From a virus (taxonomy: Duplodnaviria > Heunggongvirae > Uroviricota > Caudoviricetes): a stretch of 64,000 bases of DNA. Location: positions 33,636 through 97,635 of IMG/VR virus record IMGVR_UViG_3300045988_149282. One strand, written 5' to 3'. This document shows, piece by piece, positions 48,364 to 58,890 of the stretch (its first letter is position 1; each line of letters begins with the position of its first letter). The notes under the pieces are model-generated. The model was given only the letters and a program-made list of their open reading frames with translations. It did not search any database and had not been told where the DNA came from. The translations under genes were made by a program, and so were the position numbers.

Positions 48364-50679
48364 ATGATAAGCATCGTAAAACGTAACGGCCAAACAGAGC
48401 CGTTATCCGAAGAAAAATACAACCGCGTCGTAATGTATGGCGTAGAAGGCATTCGTGGTGTAAGCGCATCCGCTGTAGCAATGGGAGCTGCGGCCAGCAT
48501 TTTTGATGGGATGACCACCAGCCAGTTGCATGAGGCTTTGGTTAAATCTGCCGCTGATTTGATCTCACCAGAAGCACCAAATTACTCACAGGTGGCTGCC
48601 CGCCTGAACATTTTTAAAATCCGCAAAGATGCCTTCGGTCGTTACGACTATCCGAACTTCTACCAACACATTGTCAAGAACGTTAACAAGGGCGTTTATG
48701 ACAAGGATTTGCTGACACATTATTCGTTTGAAGAGATCGAAGAACTCGGCAATTACATTAAGCCGAAACGTGACGATCTTTTTGGCTATGCAGCTACGGT
48801 GCAGTTGCAAAGCAAATACCTCGTTCAAAACCGTGTTACTGGTGAGATTCATGAGGGGCCCCAACATATCTATATGCTGGTAGGCATGTGTCTGTTCCAG
48901 AATTGGGAAGACGACTGCGCTGGCAAAACACGTATGGAGATGGTCAAAGGTTTCTATGACGTTACAAGTACGTTCAAACTGTCTCTGCCCACACCAATCA
49001 TGGCCGGCGTCCGTACTCCAACCCGTCAGTTCTCCAGTTGTGTGCTGATTGAGTCTGGCGATAGTCTGAAAGGGATTAGTGCAGCTTCAGCCGCAATTAT
49101 CGACTACGTTTCACGTCGTGCTGGAATTGGTATTGGTTTTGGCCGTATCCGTGCGTTGGGCAGCGAGATCCGCAATGGTGAAGCCACCCATACCGGAGTT
49201 ATTCCATTCCTGAAGCATTTCCAGACGGCTGTTAAATCTTGTTCGCAAGGTGGTGTTCGTGGTGGCGCAGCAACAGCGTTTTACCCGATCTGGCATCTTG
49301 AAGTTGAAAGTCTGCTGGTGGTGAAAAATAACCGTGGTATTGATGAAAACCGCGTTCGCCATCTTGATTACGGCGTCATGAGTAACCGTCTAATGTACCG
49401 TCGACTCGTCAGAAGCGAGAACATCACTCTGTTCAGCCCGCATGATGTGCCTGATATGTACGAAGCCTTCTTCACAGACCAGGAGCTGTTTGAAAAGCTG
49501 TACCATAAATACGAAGCCGATGATTCAATTCGCAAGAAGTCAGTACCTGCCATTGAGCTGTTCTCATCTCTGATGCAGGAACGAGCGTCCACGGGCCGAA
49601 TTTATATTGCGAACGTCGATCATATTAATGAGCATGGCGCTTTCATTCCTGCTCTTGCACCTGTCCGCCAGTCAAACCTGTGTATGGAGATCACCCTACC
49701 CACCCGTCCACTGGCATTTACCGACGACCCGAACGGTGAGATCGCGCTATGCACTTTATCCGCTTTTAACCTCGGAGCCATCCGTTCACTGGAGTCTCTT
49801 AAAGAGGTGGCGTTCTATGCCGTTGCTGCACTGGATTCGTTACTGGATTATCAAGACTATCCGATGGAGGCAGCCGAAGTGCCTGCCAAAGCTCGTCGTA
49901 GCTTGGGAATTGGTGTAACCAACTTTGCTTATTACCTGGCAAAGAATGGCGTTCGTTATTCTGATACCGCTGGCAATAAACTGGTGCATGAAACATTCGA
50001 AGCTATCCAGTATTACCTTCTTGATGCCAGCTGCCGACTTGCTGAAGCAAAAGGTGAGTGTGACTGGTTTGAGCAGACCAAGTACGCAATTGGTCAGTTG
50101 CCGATCGACCATTACCGTTCTTCATTAGACGAAAGTGGCGAAACCAACTTTGAGTTAAAGATGCCGTGGGAAGAACTGCGTGAACGTATTGCAAAATACG
50201 GCCTTCGCAACTCCACACTGACGGCACAAATGCCATGCGAGACTTCCAGCCAGATCACTAATTCCACCAACGGCATCGAACCGCCTCGTGGCCCGGTGTC
50301 GGTGAAATCTTCTAAGGACGGCATCGTTAAGATGGTCGTGCCTGAGTTTGAAAAACTGAAGGAACAGTATGAATACCTGTGGGATATGCCGGACAACCGC
50401 GGCTATCTGACAAAGGTGGCGATCATCCAGAAGTTCTTTGACCAGGCTATTTCAGCCAATACCAACTATGACCCTTCTCGCTTTGAAGGCGATAAAGTCC
50501 CAATGATGACGCTACTGTCAGATTTGCTTCTCGCCTACAAGATGGGAGTTAAAACGCTTTACTACCACAACACCAGAGATGGGGCAGGAAAGCGTGATGA
50601 CGACGAACCGCAAAATCCACTGACGCAAGCTGTAGCCGTCGAGCCAGAAGATGAGTGCGACGGAGCCTGCAAAATCTGA
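48364..50679 (+). CDS. nrdA: ribonucleoside-diphosphate reductase class Ia, alpha subunit
   Basis: 771 aa; collinear with E. coli NrdA including PTRQFSSCVLIE, NLCMEI and C-terminal redox cysteines (ECDGACKI). Confidence 0.9.
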   Translation: MISIVKRNGQTEPLSEEKYNRVVMYGVEGIRGVSASAVAMGAAASIFDGMTTSQLHEALVKSAADLISPEAPNYSQVAARLNIFKIRKDAFGRYDYPNFYQHIVKNVNKGVYDKDLLTHYSFEEIEELGNYIKPKRDDLFGYAATVQLQSKYLVQNRVTGEIHEGPQHIYMLVGMCLFQNWEDDCAGKTRMEMVKGFYDVTSTFKLSLPTPIMAGVRTPTRQFSSCVLIESGDSLKGISAASAAIIDYVSRRAGIGIGFGRIRALGSEIRNGEATHTGVIPFLKHFQTAVKSCSQGGVRGGAATAFYPIWHLEVESLLVVKNNRGIDENRVRHLDYGVMSNRLMYRRLVRSENITLFSPHDVPDMYEAFFTDQELFEKLYHKYEADDSIRKKSVPAIELFSSLMQERASTGRIYIANVDHINEHGAFIPALAPVRQSNLCMEITLPTRPLAFTDDPNGEIALCTLSAFNLGAIRSLESLKEVAFYAVAALDSLLDYQDYPMEAAEVPAKARRSLGIGVTNFAYYLAKNGVRYSDTAGNKLVHETFEAIQYYLLDASCRLAEAKGECDWFEQTKYAIGQLPIDHYRSSLDESGETNFELKMPWEELRERIAKYGLRNSTLTAQMPCETSSQITNSTNGIEPPRGPVSVKSSKDGIVKMVVPEFEKLKEQYEYLWDMPDNRGYLTKVAIIQKFFDQAISANTNYDPSRFEGDKVPMMTLLSDLLLAYKMGVKTLYYHNTRDGAGKRDDDEPQNPLTQAVAVEPEDECDGACKI

Positions 50680-50784
50680 CATATGGTGGGGTGTATCCCC
50701 ACCTTCTCTTTGATTTGTAAGCCTTGTTTAAACAAATAAGATAACAACTTGTTTAAACACATCAAAAAGCAAAAGGAAAAACAC

Positions 50785-51927
50785 ATGTCATATTCAACGT
50801 TCCGTTTGGGTGCTAATGATGCAACCAAAGAGCCTATGTTCCTCGGACAATCTGTCAACGTGGCACGTTACGATCAGCAAAAATACCGTGATTTTGAAAA
50901 GTTGATTGAACGTCAATTGTCTTTCTTCTGGCGGCCGGAAGAAGTTGATATTTCGAGCGATCGTATCGACTTCAACACGAAGCTGCGGGACCACGAACGT
51001 CACATTTTTCTGAGCAATCTCCGTTATCAAACGTTACTCGATTCAGTTCAGGGACGTAGCCCAAATGCAACGCTGCTGCCGCTTATCTCTATTCCTGAAC
51101 TGGAAACGTGGGTTGAAACATGGTCTTTCTCTGAGACTATCCATAGCCGCAGCTACACCCACATTATTCGTGGCATGGTGGACGATCCGAGCATTGTTTT
51201 TGACGGTATTGTTACGGATGAAGAAATCATCAACCGAGCGATCAGTATCTCTGCTGAATATGACAGGCTTTATGGGATGACCTGCGAGCGCCAGTCGTTA
51301 GGTGAGAAAGAGTTTGAACGTCTGTACGTAAATGAATATGGCTGGGAGCCATACCCTTTGCATCGTCAGCTTTTCCGCACGTTGGTGTCCATTAATGCGC
51401 TTGAGGCGATCCGTTTCTACGTAAGTTTTGCATGTACGTTTGCCTTTGGTGAACGGAAGTTGCTTGAGGGTAACACCAAAATTATGCGCTTTATTGCCCG
51501 TGATGAAGCTCTGCATTGCGAAGGAACTGAACGCATGATCCGCTTCATGCGTACCGGTCGCGAAGGTTTATTGTGGAAAGAGATTGCTGCTGATGAAGAA
51601 AACGTCATTTACGACACCATGAAATCAGTCGCCGAACAAGAAATGAACTGGGCAGACTATCTCTTCAAAGACGGTTCGATGATTGGTTTAAACGCGGATA
51701 TTCTCAAAACCTATGTAAAATACCGCACCAATCTGGCTATGAATCGTCTTGGCCTGAAGGCTTTATTTCCAGAAGTTACCACTGATCCGCTGGTCTGGAT
51801 GAACAAGTGGTTGTTAACCGACACACTGCAAATTGCACCACAAGAGGCAGAGCAAAGCACATATCTGGTAGGTCAGATAGATTCTACCGTGGATAAGGCT
51901 TCTCTAAGCCAGTTTGCAGACCTGTAA
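50785..51927 (+). CDS. nrdB: ribonucleoside-diphosphate reductase class Ia, beta subunit
   Basis: Collinear with E. coli NrdB ([20 protein letters not shown]..., iron/tyrosyl-radical site [13 protein letters not shown]); start moved to ATG 50785 behind aaggaaaaacac (track start 50749 sits in the operator-like motif). Confidence 0.85.
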   Translation: MSYSTFRLGANDATKEPMFLGQSVNVARYDQQKYRDFEKLIERQLSFFWRPEEVDISSDRIDFNTKLRDHERHIFLSNLRYQTLLDSVQGRSPNATLLPLISIPELETWVETWSFSETIHSRSYTHIIRGMVDDPSIVFDGIVTDEEIINRAISISAEYDRLYGMTCERQSLGEKEFERLYVNEYGWEPYPLHRQLFRTLVSINALEAIRFYVSFACTFAFGERKLLEGNTKIMRFIARDEALHCEGTERMIRFMRTGREGLLWKEIAADEENVIYDTMKSVAEQEMNWADYLFKDGSMIGLNADILKTYVKYRTNLAMNRLGLKALFPEVTTDPLVWMNKWLLTDTLQIAPQEAEQSTYLVGQIDSTVDKASLSQFADL

Positions 51928-52004
51928 ACCGATACAAAGCATTATGTGGCCTGGCAACGCTGGGCCACAATGGATCACAAGAATTAAGAAGGAACAAAAC
52001 TAGC

Positions 52005-52874
52005 ATGAACTTTACCAAACTGACTGACCACCTGAAACTTGCCACCGATCGACTCATTGGATTTAAGCCAGAACCATATGAGTTGCATGAAGGCCATGGT
52101 GTAGCCACTGAAAGTATTTACAAGATGGTCGATCAGTTTCATGAACTCTTCCAGCATCCGAGACGCGTTATGCCGACACCAGCGCTGCTTCGTCTCCGTG
52201 CAAGCCTGATTCATGAAGAAGCTGTAGTGGAAGGTATTCCAGCCGCAATGAATGGGGATATTGAGCAACTGCTGGATGCAATGGCCGACTTTTTATACGT
52301 TGGTGTTGGTACGATGGTCGCCATCAAAGGTGGTATTTCTACCGGCATGACCTATTACACGCAGGAACAGAGCATTGATCGCTTTATGCAGACAATTTTT
52401 GTGCCTGGTAACACTGTTTTCGATGATATGGCAATGCCATTTCAGGAAGCTCGTGAGGCGTCATGTATGCTCGAAGAGCTGGCAGATAAACTTGAGAACA
52501 AGACTGTTAAGGATTCTGAGCTGATTCAGGAACTGCGCCGTGTAATGAACAAAATCTATGTGGCGTGCATGATGACCTATCGACTGGCTGATTTCCTCGG
52601 TATCAATGTTGTCGAGCTGGTTGGCGAAATTCATCGGTCCAACATGACAAAATTATGGCCTGCAGATGCCGAAGAGCGTCGCCATGCTGTGGCCAACTGC
52701 AAATACGACTCTTCTGACCTGGGATTTCGCCATGCTGATGGCACCGATAAGATGATCGGTTTTCGAATTTCCGATGGAAAGATTCTGAAGTCTCCAACCT
52801 ATAGTGATGTCGATTTATCCTCCTTTGTTGAGCAAGCTAAAGCCTCAGCAATGTACGGAATGATCAAAAAATAA
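52005..52874 (+). CDS. hypothetical protein, possibly MazG-like nucleotide pyrophosphohydrolase
   Basis: 289 aa; helical EExxE...D patterns (LIHEEAVVEG, EQLLDAMADF) reminiscent of MazG/HisE-type NTP-PPases; weak. Confidence 0.3.
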   Translation: MNFTKLTDHLKLATDRLIGFKPEPYELHEGHGVATESIYKMVDQFHELFQHPRRVMPTPALLRLRASLIHEEAVVEGIPAAMNGDIEQLLDAMADFLYVGVGTMVAIKGGISTGMTYYTQEQSIDRFMQTIFVPGNTVFDDMAMPFQEAREASCMLEELADKLENKTVKDSELIQELRRVMNKIYVACMMTYRLADFLGINVVELVGEIHRSNMTKLWPADAEERRHAVANCKYDSSDLGFRHADGTDKMIGFRISDGKILKSPTYSDVDLSSFVEQAKASAMYGMIKK

Positions 52875-52943
52875 TTGTAGGTAGTTATCTATCTGTGTAT
52901 ATTGCATTTGCGCGTTAAATTTCTGAAACAACTATTCGTTTTT

Positions 52944-52968
52944 GGTGGCCTATGGCCACCATTTTTTT
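52944..52968 (+). terminator. rho-independent terminator
   Basis: ggtggcc tat ggccacc hairpin followed by ATTTTTTTAT. Confidence 0.7.
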
Positions 52969-53045
52969 ATCTATCTGGTCTTGTTCTCTCAATAAATGTA
53001 AACTCACACAATGAATAAGTGGTTACTTATCTTTGTGAGGTTTTT

Positions 53046-54149
53046 GTGTCACTCCTTTTGAATCGTGAGCATACGAACGGTCAGGTAACAAACGCATCGT
53101 ATGCAAAAGTTATTGAGACGGTGCTTAAAAGCGGCGTGCAGGCTGATGATCGCACAGGCACTGGTACTTTAAGCACCTGCTACGTTCCCTCTTACTACAT
53201 GCTTACTGGTGGGACTGTGCCGCTTATTTCTGGAAAGGCGGTAAATCTTAAGCCACTACTTGTCGAACTTGAGTGGTATCTGAAAGGCACGGGCAACATC
53301 CAATTTCTCAAGGATAACGGCGTTAAGATTTGGGATGCATGGGCCGATGAGAATGGCGATTTGGGGCCGGTTTACGGTAAGCAGTGGCGTCGATGGGAAG
53401 ATACCCGCATCGTGAGCCATAGTGAATATCTGAGCAAGATCGATACTTTCCGTGAACGCGGGTACAAAGTCGAGGGATACCTGGGTATCAGTGAAGATCG
53501 CGTAGTGCTGTCCCGTGAAATCGATCAGCTACAGCGTATTGTCGATACACTGCGCACGAATCCTACCGATCGTCGCATCATGCTTAACGCATGGAACGTA
53601 GGCGAGCTTGAGGATATGAAACTGCCACCTTGCCACTTTGTCTTCTCTTTGTGGAGTCGTGAGCTTGATTTTGAAACCCGTTTAACGATGGCAACTGACA
53701 TTGGTCTTCAACACAGTCGCCTCGGTTATGAGTCTATCTACACCAAGATGCTATACGATCTGGAGATGGACGGCAGTGTTACTGAAACTGAACTGGATGA
53801 ACTTGGAATCCCCAAACGCATCCTCAACTCCTGCCTCGTACAGCGTAGCGTAGACACTTTTGTTGGTATGCCATTCAATATTGCTGGCTATGGCATTCTC
53901 ACTCATTTTCTCGCGAAGATTACGGGTCACATGGCCGGTGCATTTGTACATTTTGGCTTTGACGTGCATTTGTACAACAACCACATGGAAGGTGTGTGTG
54001 AGCTAATGAAACGACAGGCTCCAGAGCATTCAGATCCGGTCGTTATTTTCCCTCATGAATGGTCTGAGCTGGATGATTTCAAATGGGACGATATTCTGAT
54101 TCTTGGCTATGACCCTCTACCGTGGATCAAGGTTCCAGTGGCGGTGTGA
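53046..54149 (+). CDS. thyA: thymidylate synthase (ThyA) with lineage-specific insertions
   Basis: Collinear with E. coli ThyA (DRTGTGTLS, WDAWADENGDLGPVYGKQWR, catalytic PPCH, MPFNIAGY); start placed at GTG 53046 behind GAGG; two insertions of ~25 and ~50 aa relative to E. coli ThyA. Confidence 0.8.
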   Translation: MSLLLNREHTNGQVTNASYAKVIETVLKSGVQADDRTGTGTLSTCYVPSYYMLTGGTVPLISGKAVNLKPLLVELEWYLKGTGNIQFLKDNGVKIWDAWADENGDLGPVYGKQWRRWEDTRIVSHSEYLSKIDTFRERGYKVEGYLGISEDRVVLSREIDQLQRIVDTLRTNPTDRRIMLNAWNVGELEDMKLPPCHFVFSLWSRELDFETRLTMATDIGLQHSRLGYESIYTKMLYDLEMDGSVTETELDELGIPKRILNSCLVQRSVDTFVGMPFNIAGYGILTHFLAKITGHMAGAFVHFGFDVHLYNNHMEGVCELMKRQAPEHSDPVVIFPHEWSELDDFKWDDILILGYDPLPWIKVPVAV

Positions 54150-54150
54150 T

Positions 54151-54564
54151 ATGGCAAGAGGTATGTATGTCTTATGCGAAATTGAAGGTGTGCTGGCAAA
54201 TACCAGCCATCGTAAATCTGTATCTGACGCGGATGCAGGCCAGCTCATTGCCGGTGATGAACTCATTTTCCCCACCAGCCGTATGTTGCGTGGTTTTGCT
54301 CGCTCAGGGGCTGAAGTGGTGCTTATCAGTAGCCGCTCTGAAACTCTTGAAGCGCCCACTAAACGATGGCTGAAAGATTTTGGCGTTGATTACGACTGGC
54401 TTCATCTCGTACCGAATGGCACCAGTTATGAGAAGCATATTAAGCGCACATTAGCGGAGCATAAAGGCGATCTGCTTATCGCTGCGCTGGTGCACGATCC
54501 TCGACTCCGTGCCGCTTTAGCTGACTCTCATCATAGACCGGTCATCTATGAGGTGAGCAAATGA
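54151..54564 (+). CDS. hypothetical protein in nucleotide-metabolism operon
   Basis: ORF between thyA and DHFR genes; start at ATG 54151 directly after thyA stop. Confidence 0.35.
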   Translation: MARGMYVLCEIEGVLANTSHRKSVSDADAGQLIAGDELIFPTSRMLRGFARSGAEVVLISSRSETLEAPTKRWLKDFGVDYDWLHLVPNGTSYEKHIKRTLAEHKGDLLIAALVHDPRLRAALADSHHRPVIYEVSK

Positions 54565-55037
54565 AGATGATAGCTGCTGTTGGCCGTAACTATGAGATCG
54601 GCATAGCGAACGAACTGCCCTGGCGTTGTTCTACCGATCTGAAGCTATTTAAGAGACTCACCAAAAACGCTACTGTCGTTATGGGGCGTAAAACGATGGA
54701 AAGTCTCAAACGCCCTCTTCCAGAGCGTCATAACCTCGTTTTGACGCGCTCTCATGGCTTTGTACCAAATGGATTCTACCCTGCTGGTGTGGATGATGTG
54801 TTGCGATTACCAGAGCCTGTGTGGGTGATTGGCGGGGAACAAATTTACTCGCTATTCATGCCGCATGTTGAAGAGATTTGGCTCTCCCACATCGGCGTTG
54901 ATGTACCAAACGCCGATGCATTCTTCCCGGCAAGCATGATGCGTAACTTAGGCTTTGTGCCTGTTGAAACAGCTTATACCCAACGAGCCAGCGAGGAAGA
55001 GCCTGGCTTTTCGCAGATCGTATACAGAAGGTCGTAA
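54561..55037 (+). CDS. folA: dihydrofolate reductase
   Basis: 158 aa; DHFR motifs IAAVGRNYEIG...LPW, VVMGRKTMESL, VWVIGGEQIY. Confidence 0.8.
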   Translation: MKMIAAVGRNYEIGIANELPWRCSTDLKLFKRLTKNATVVMGRKTMESLKRPLPERHNLVLTRSHGFVPNGFYPAGVDDVLRLPEPVWVIGGEQIYSLFMPHVEEIWLSHIGVDVPNADAFFPASMMRNLGFVPVETAYTQRASEEEPGFSQIVYRRS

Positions 55038-55681
55038 TGGATTACCGGATTGGGATCACTGGTGCTCAGGGCAGTGGGAAAACAACCCTGGCTAAATATA
55101 TCGACAAACATTACGGAATCCCTTACGTGGATGCTGGTGTCGGAAGTTTGATGAGCCGCCTCGGTGTTCGAGTAGGTGAGTCTATGCCTCTATATGAGCG
55201 GCTTCAGATTCAAATGGAAATAGCAAAGCATATAGAGCTACTTACACGTGGTGTTGAAGGCTTTGTTATCGATCGCACACCTGCTGATGTTATGGCCTAC
55301 ACGTTGGATTTGGTCGGCCATACCAATGAAGATCGGTGTATTGAGTTAGCCCTCGATATCGAAAAGTTTTGCCACAAAACTGCTATTTCAAACTTTAACG
55401 CCATTGCTGGCTTACGCCCGGGAGTCGCTCTCTCAGAGCGAGATTACTTGCGATCACAACGAGCATCATTAGACCGTCTGTATGTCGCTCGTATTGATGC
55501 GTTGATGTGCGGGGAACTGACAAAAATTCACCTGCATCCGCAAAGGGGAGATCTGCAAACCTTCGTCGTTTCCAACCGGTATCGCACAGTTGAAGCAAGA
55601 GCCAGATCAGTGATGAGAATGCTAGATAACGCTGTAGAAAAGATAGAAAACCGGTTCTGTGGCCGAGTGACCGTTCATTAG
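55037..55681 (+). CDS. P-loop NTPase, putative nucleotide kinase
   Basis: 214 aa; Walker A GITGAQGSGKTT at N-terminus; in operon with thyA/DHFR. Confidence 0.4.
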   Translation: MDYRIGITGAQGSGKTTLAKYIDKHYGIPYVDAGVGSLMSRLGVRVGESMPLYERLQIQMEIAKHIELLTRGVEGFVIDRTPADVMAYTLDLVGHTNEDRCIELALDIEKFCHKTAISNFNAIAGLRPGVALSERDYLRSQRASLDRLYVARIDALMCGELTKIHLHPQRGDLQTFVVSNRYRTVEARARSVMRMLDNAVEKIENRFCGRVTVH

Positions 55682-55742
55682 AAATTGTTCGCCTCTTCGA
55701 CATTGCGACAATAAAACTCTCAAAATGGGTTAAGGATAAAAA

Positions 55743-56162
55743 ATGTTTAGTGAAATGTTGCTTGAAGATGAACTGGATCGGAAAACAACAGAGGCTTTGA
55801 TTCGTGTAGCGGACGAACATTCCCGGTCGCTTATGAGCGATCGAGAGGCTCGTCTGGCTATTCGTGCCATATTCGAAACTGCGCAGGGGCTTGTTGGTAC
55901 ACAAGTGGGTGAAGCCATTAACATCGCCATGTCTCAGTTCAGTGAAGGCAGTAAAAAGCCTCTGTTTCCTATGCATTTGATGCTGGCTGGTGGCACAGTG
56001 CTTTATATCTCTGTTTGTCTGGATAGCAACCAAATCAATATTCTCAACACTGTGTCAGGTAAGTGGAAAGATCCGATTGTCTGTGAAACCAGTGAAGAAA
56101 CTTTGAAAAAAGCGGCTCAATTTGTACGTAGCGCACTACTTAAGGGCGCTAAGAAGTTGTAA
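55743..56162 (+). CDS. hypothetical protein
   Basis: 139 aa ORF with RBS. Confidence 0.4.
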   Translation: MFSEMLLEDELDRKTTEALIRVADEHSRSLMSDREARLAIRAIFETAQGLVGTQVGEAINIAMSQFSEGSKKPLFPMHLMLAGGTVLYISVCLDSNQINILNTVSGKWKDPIVCETSEETLKKAAQFVRSALLKGAKKL

Positions 56163-56171
56163 GGAGTTCTG

Positions 56172-56729
56172 ATGACAACGATTGTTGCAGGCATCGATAT
56201 CGAGTCTACGGGACTGGATTTCCTTGCTGGTCATAAAATTATTGAAATCGCAATTACCCGCTATGAACTGGAGACACAGAGACATATTGATAGTCTGGAG
56301 ATGCGTTTTAACCCTCGCAGAAACATAGATCCGAAAGCTCAAGCCGTTCATGGCATTTCATTGGAACAGCTCGCAGCTGAACCTTTGTTGTCAAATCATG
56401 CCAGCGAAATTGGCGCTTATATGGGGGCATGTAGTGTGTGGGTTGCTCATAACGGCGAAGCATTTGATATACCATTTATTCGACACGAGTTTTCAGGGTA
56501 TGGAGTAAGACTGCCAGAAGTTCCTGTTATAGATACTATGTTATCGGGATTTTGGGCCACAGAAGACGGAAAACGTCCCCGCCTTGAAGAGTTGGCCTTC
56601 TCTCTTGGCTTTATATACGATCATGCCAAAGCACATAGTGCCTTATATGACACAAACTTAATGATGCAATGCTTCTTTAAGGCACGTAATAAGTACGGAT
56701 TTTTTAAATTACCCTCTGAAATTGTGTAA
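56172..56729 (+). CDS. DnaQ-like 3-prime-5-prime exonuclease (DEDDh, proofreading epsilon-like)
   Basis: 185 aa; Exo I GIDIESTG, Exo II WVAHNGEAFDIPF, Exo III HSALYDTNL; AAGGAG RBS. Confidence 0.7.
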   Translation: MTTIVAGIDIESTGLDFLAGHKIIEIAITRYELETQRHIDSLEMRFNPRRNIDPKAQAVHGISLEQLAAEPLLSNHASEIGAYMGACSVWVAHNGEAFDIPFIRHEFSGYGVRLPEVPVIDTMLSGFWATEDGKRPRLEELAFSLGFIYDHAKAHSALYDTNLMMQCFFKARNKYGFFKLPSEIV

Positions 56730-56733
56730 AACA

Positions 56734-56771
56734 AAAGCCTACTTTAAAAAGTTTAAAGTAGGCTTTCTTTT
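56734..56771 (+). terminator. rho-independent terminator
   Basis: aaagcctacttt / aaagtaggcttt 12-bp stem followed by CTTTT. Confidence 0.65.
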
Positions 56772-56887
56772 AAAGAACAGTCGCCTTTCAATCATTTCCT
56801 GCCTGTATTTAATACTTTTCCGCCTGATAGGTTTAGTCAAAATGCAGCTATCGAAATGCAAATGTAACCAAACAGAAGGAGACTTAC

Positions 56888-57697
56888 ATGAGTTCGGTTG
56901 AAAATGTAATGACAAATGATGATCTGGACGAGCTGACAGCCATGTTGCAATCACTTGATGAACCAGTAAAAAAAGCTGCACAGGTTGAAAATACTGATGA
57001 TATTGACGATCTGTTGCTCGGCCTAGATGCTGGCGTAGCCATGAGTTCTGATGATGTTGCCGAAGAACTGTTCAATGAAGAAAAAGCAGGTGATTTCAGC
57101 TCTGCTTTAAATGAGTTGGAGTTAGCGCATGAGCCTATAAACGTAATTAACGCTGAAAGTGTTGAAGCTGCCGAAAACGAGCCAGAACAATTGGGATTTA
57201 TTGAAGTTGAAGAGTGTGTTGAGGTTAATGATGAATTAAAAGTTCAACAGTCAAATGATAGCAATACAAATAAAAAAGCTCGTACTGCAAGAGGTCCTCG
57301 TTTTACTTTAAGTGATAAAGATGATTCGTTTTTCAATAAAGCGGGCTTAGAAAAAGATATTTTCTTAGACGCTTACGATAACGCGCCTGTCAAAGCAAAG
57401 GATAAGATATTAAACCTTCTTAATTGGTTTAGCGGAGGTCCAGATATTAGTGTTTACACGGTAATTTCCATGAGACACCTTCTCACAGAAAAGAAGGCAA
57501 CAAGTAATAGTATTAAGATTGCTTTAATGAGCAATCCAGAAAAACCGTATCCGCTTAATACTGCGTCAACTCAGGCTGGGCAAATGATGGCTGTATTTCC
57601 AGCGACAGGAATTGCCGTTAGAGACGGTGGAAATCTAACATTGAACGAAGAATCACCGATCGTTAAGAAGTTTGTCGCGGAGTACACTATTGGATGA
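56888..57697 (+). CDS. acidic protein of unknown function (DNA-mimic/anti-restriction candidate)
   Basis: 269 aa; N-terminal ~110 aa extremely Asp/Glu-rich; AAGGAG RBS; directly upstream of Dam-family methyltransferase gene. Confidence 0.45.
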   Translation: MSSVENVMTNDDLDELTAMLQSLDEPVKKAAQVENTDDIDDLLLGLDAGVAMSSDDVAEELFNEEKAGDFSSALNELELAHEPINVINAESVEAAENEPEQLGFIEVEECVEVNDELKVQQSNDSNTNKKARTARGPRFTLSDKDDSFFNKAGLEKDIFLDAYDNAPVKAKDKILNLLNWFSGGPDISVYTVISMRHLLTEKKATSNSIKIALMSNPEKPYPLNTASTQAGQMMAVFPATGIAVRDGGNLTLNEESPIVKKFVAEYTIG

Positions 57698-57880
57698 CGT
57701 TCCCCTACTTAAAATAAAGCCCATAGAGAGCTTTATAGTACTGGGTAAGCCAATCACATACCCAGCACCACAAAAACGCGCCAGAGAGCTTCTCGTTTGC
57801 ATTTCTGGCGTGTTTTATTTGATTGCCAGACATAAAATCAAATGCAAAAATAGGTATATACTTACCTATCGAGAAAGAAG

Positions 57881-58474
57881 ATGATTGCAGCCGAAAAAAT
57901 CAAACAGCGAAAGCGCGACAACTCTCTTCGTGACCTCTGGAGAACACCTGACTGGCTGTTTTCTGCCATTCAACGTTATCTTGGAGTGACATTTGATGTT
58001 GACGTTGCCTGCAACAAGGACAATGCAAAGCTGCCTAATTTCATAGGCGTTGAGCGTGATGCTTTGAAATCTGAATGGGGACAGCCAGGTACAATTGCCT
58101 TCCTCAATCCACCCTACTCCAAAATCTACCCCTGGATTGATGCGGCTATACGTGAGCAGGCTCGCGGAGTTACAACAGTGATGCTAATTCCTCAATCCCT
58201 CGATACAAAGTGGTATGAGCGTGCAACAGAGTGTGCGAATGAGACGATTATTCTGTCTGGTGGCCGCGTAGCGTTTGTCGAGCCTGACGTAAATCTGGGT
58301 CAGGTAGAAGTAAACATCAACCCAGGTGGCAGTATGCTCGTTGTTTTTCGAGGATTCTGTCAGGACGCTGGGCACTCTATAAGCAAGATCCCTTTGGACG
58401 TCATGAAAAGTCTGGGAGGGTATGATCCTGCGAATGTGATCAGGAAAAAAAGACCATCAAAGAAGGCTGCTTAG
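57881..58474 (+). CDS. dam: phage-type DNA N6-adenine methyltransferase (Dam family)
   Basis: 197 aa; WRTPDWLF motif and catalytic NPPY tetrapeptide typical of phage Dam-family MTases. Confidence 0.7.
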   Translation: MIAAEKIKQRKRDNSLRDLWRTPDWLFSAIQRYLGVTFDVDVACNKDNAKLPNFIGVERDALKSEWGQPGTIAFLNPPYSKIYPWIDAAIREQARGVTTVMLIPQSLDTKWYERATECANETIILSGGRVAFVEPDVNLGQVEVNINPGGSMLVVFRGFCQDAGHSISKIPLDVMKSLGGYDPANVIRKKRPSKKAA

Positions 58475-58496
58475 TTTGTTCTGGTGTCTGTAATTA

Positions 58497-58553
58497 GCCT
58501 GCTTCTGTATATATAAATAACTACATATTAATTATTAATATACGGAAGAAGGC
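58497..58553 (+). terminator. long-stem hairpin terminator (copy B of duplicated element)
   Basis: gcctgcttctgtatatataaataa...atatacggaagaagg with T tract; first 24 nt identical to copy at 13365. Confidence 0.55.
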
Positions 58554-58659
58554 TGTTTTGTATCAGAGACTCCAGACCTGAACATCACTACAGAATCCAC
58601 TAGAACCCCTTCCCAGACGCTTTAAAATCGATTTTATGAACCACTTTAAGGAAACCAAC

Positions 58660-58890
58660 ATGTCATACCCGACTAATGTCGTTGCGCTCGTAGAGAGCGA
58701 TTTTCTGGCCCAGGCTCGTGAAATGATGAAAGATCGTGAGCAGGCTTTCAACTTGTACGAATGGGCAATTAAGTGCTTGCATCTTGGCGAGCATCGCGAA
58801 CTTGTTGAACAGCTTTTAGGTGAGTTGATCAATGAGGTGTTTGCCTTGAATGTTCAACTACATGGTAGAGAAAATAATCAATCACAATGA
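58660..58890 (+). CDS. hypothetical small protein
   Basis: Start chosen at ATG 58660 behind AAGGAAACCAAC (track start 58636); helical, no motif. Confidence 0.3.
   Translation: MSYPTNVVALVESDFLAQAREMMKDREQAFNLYEWAIKCLHLGEHRELVEQLLGELINEVFALNVQLHGRENNQSQ

Noticed and set aside
55395-56033. 212-aa minus-strand ORF spanning the kinase and the 55743 gene
   Set aside because: Overlaps two + strand genes with good RBSs; no motif support.
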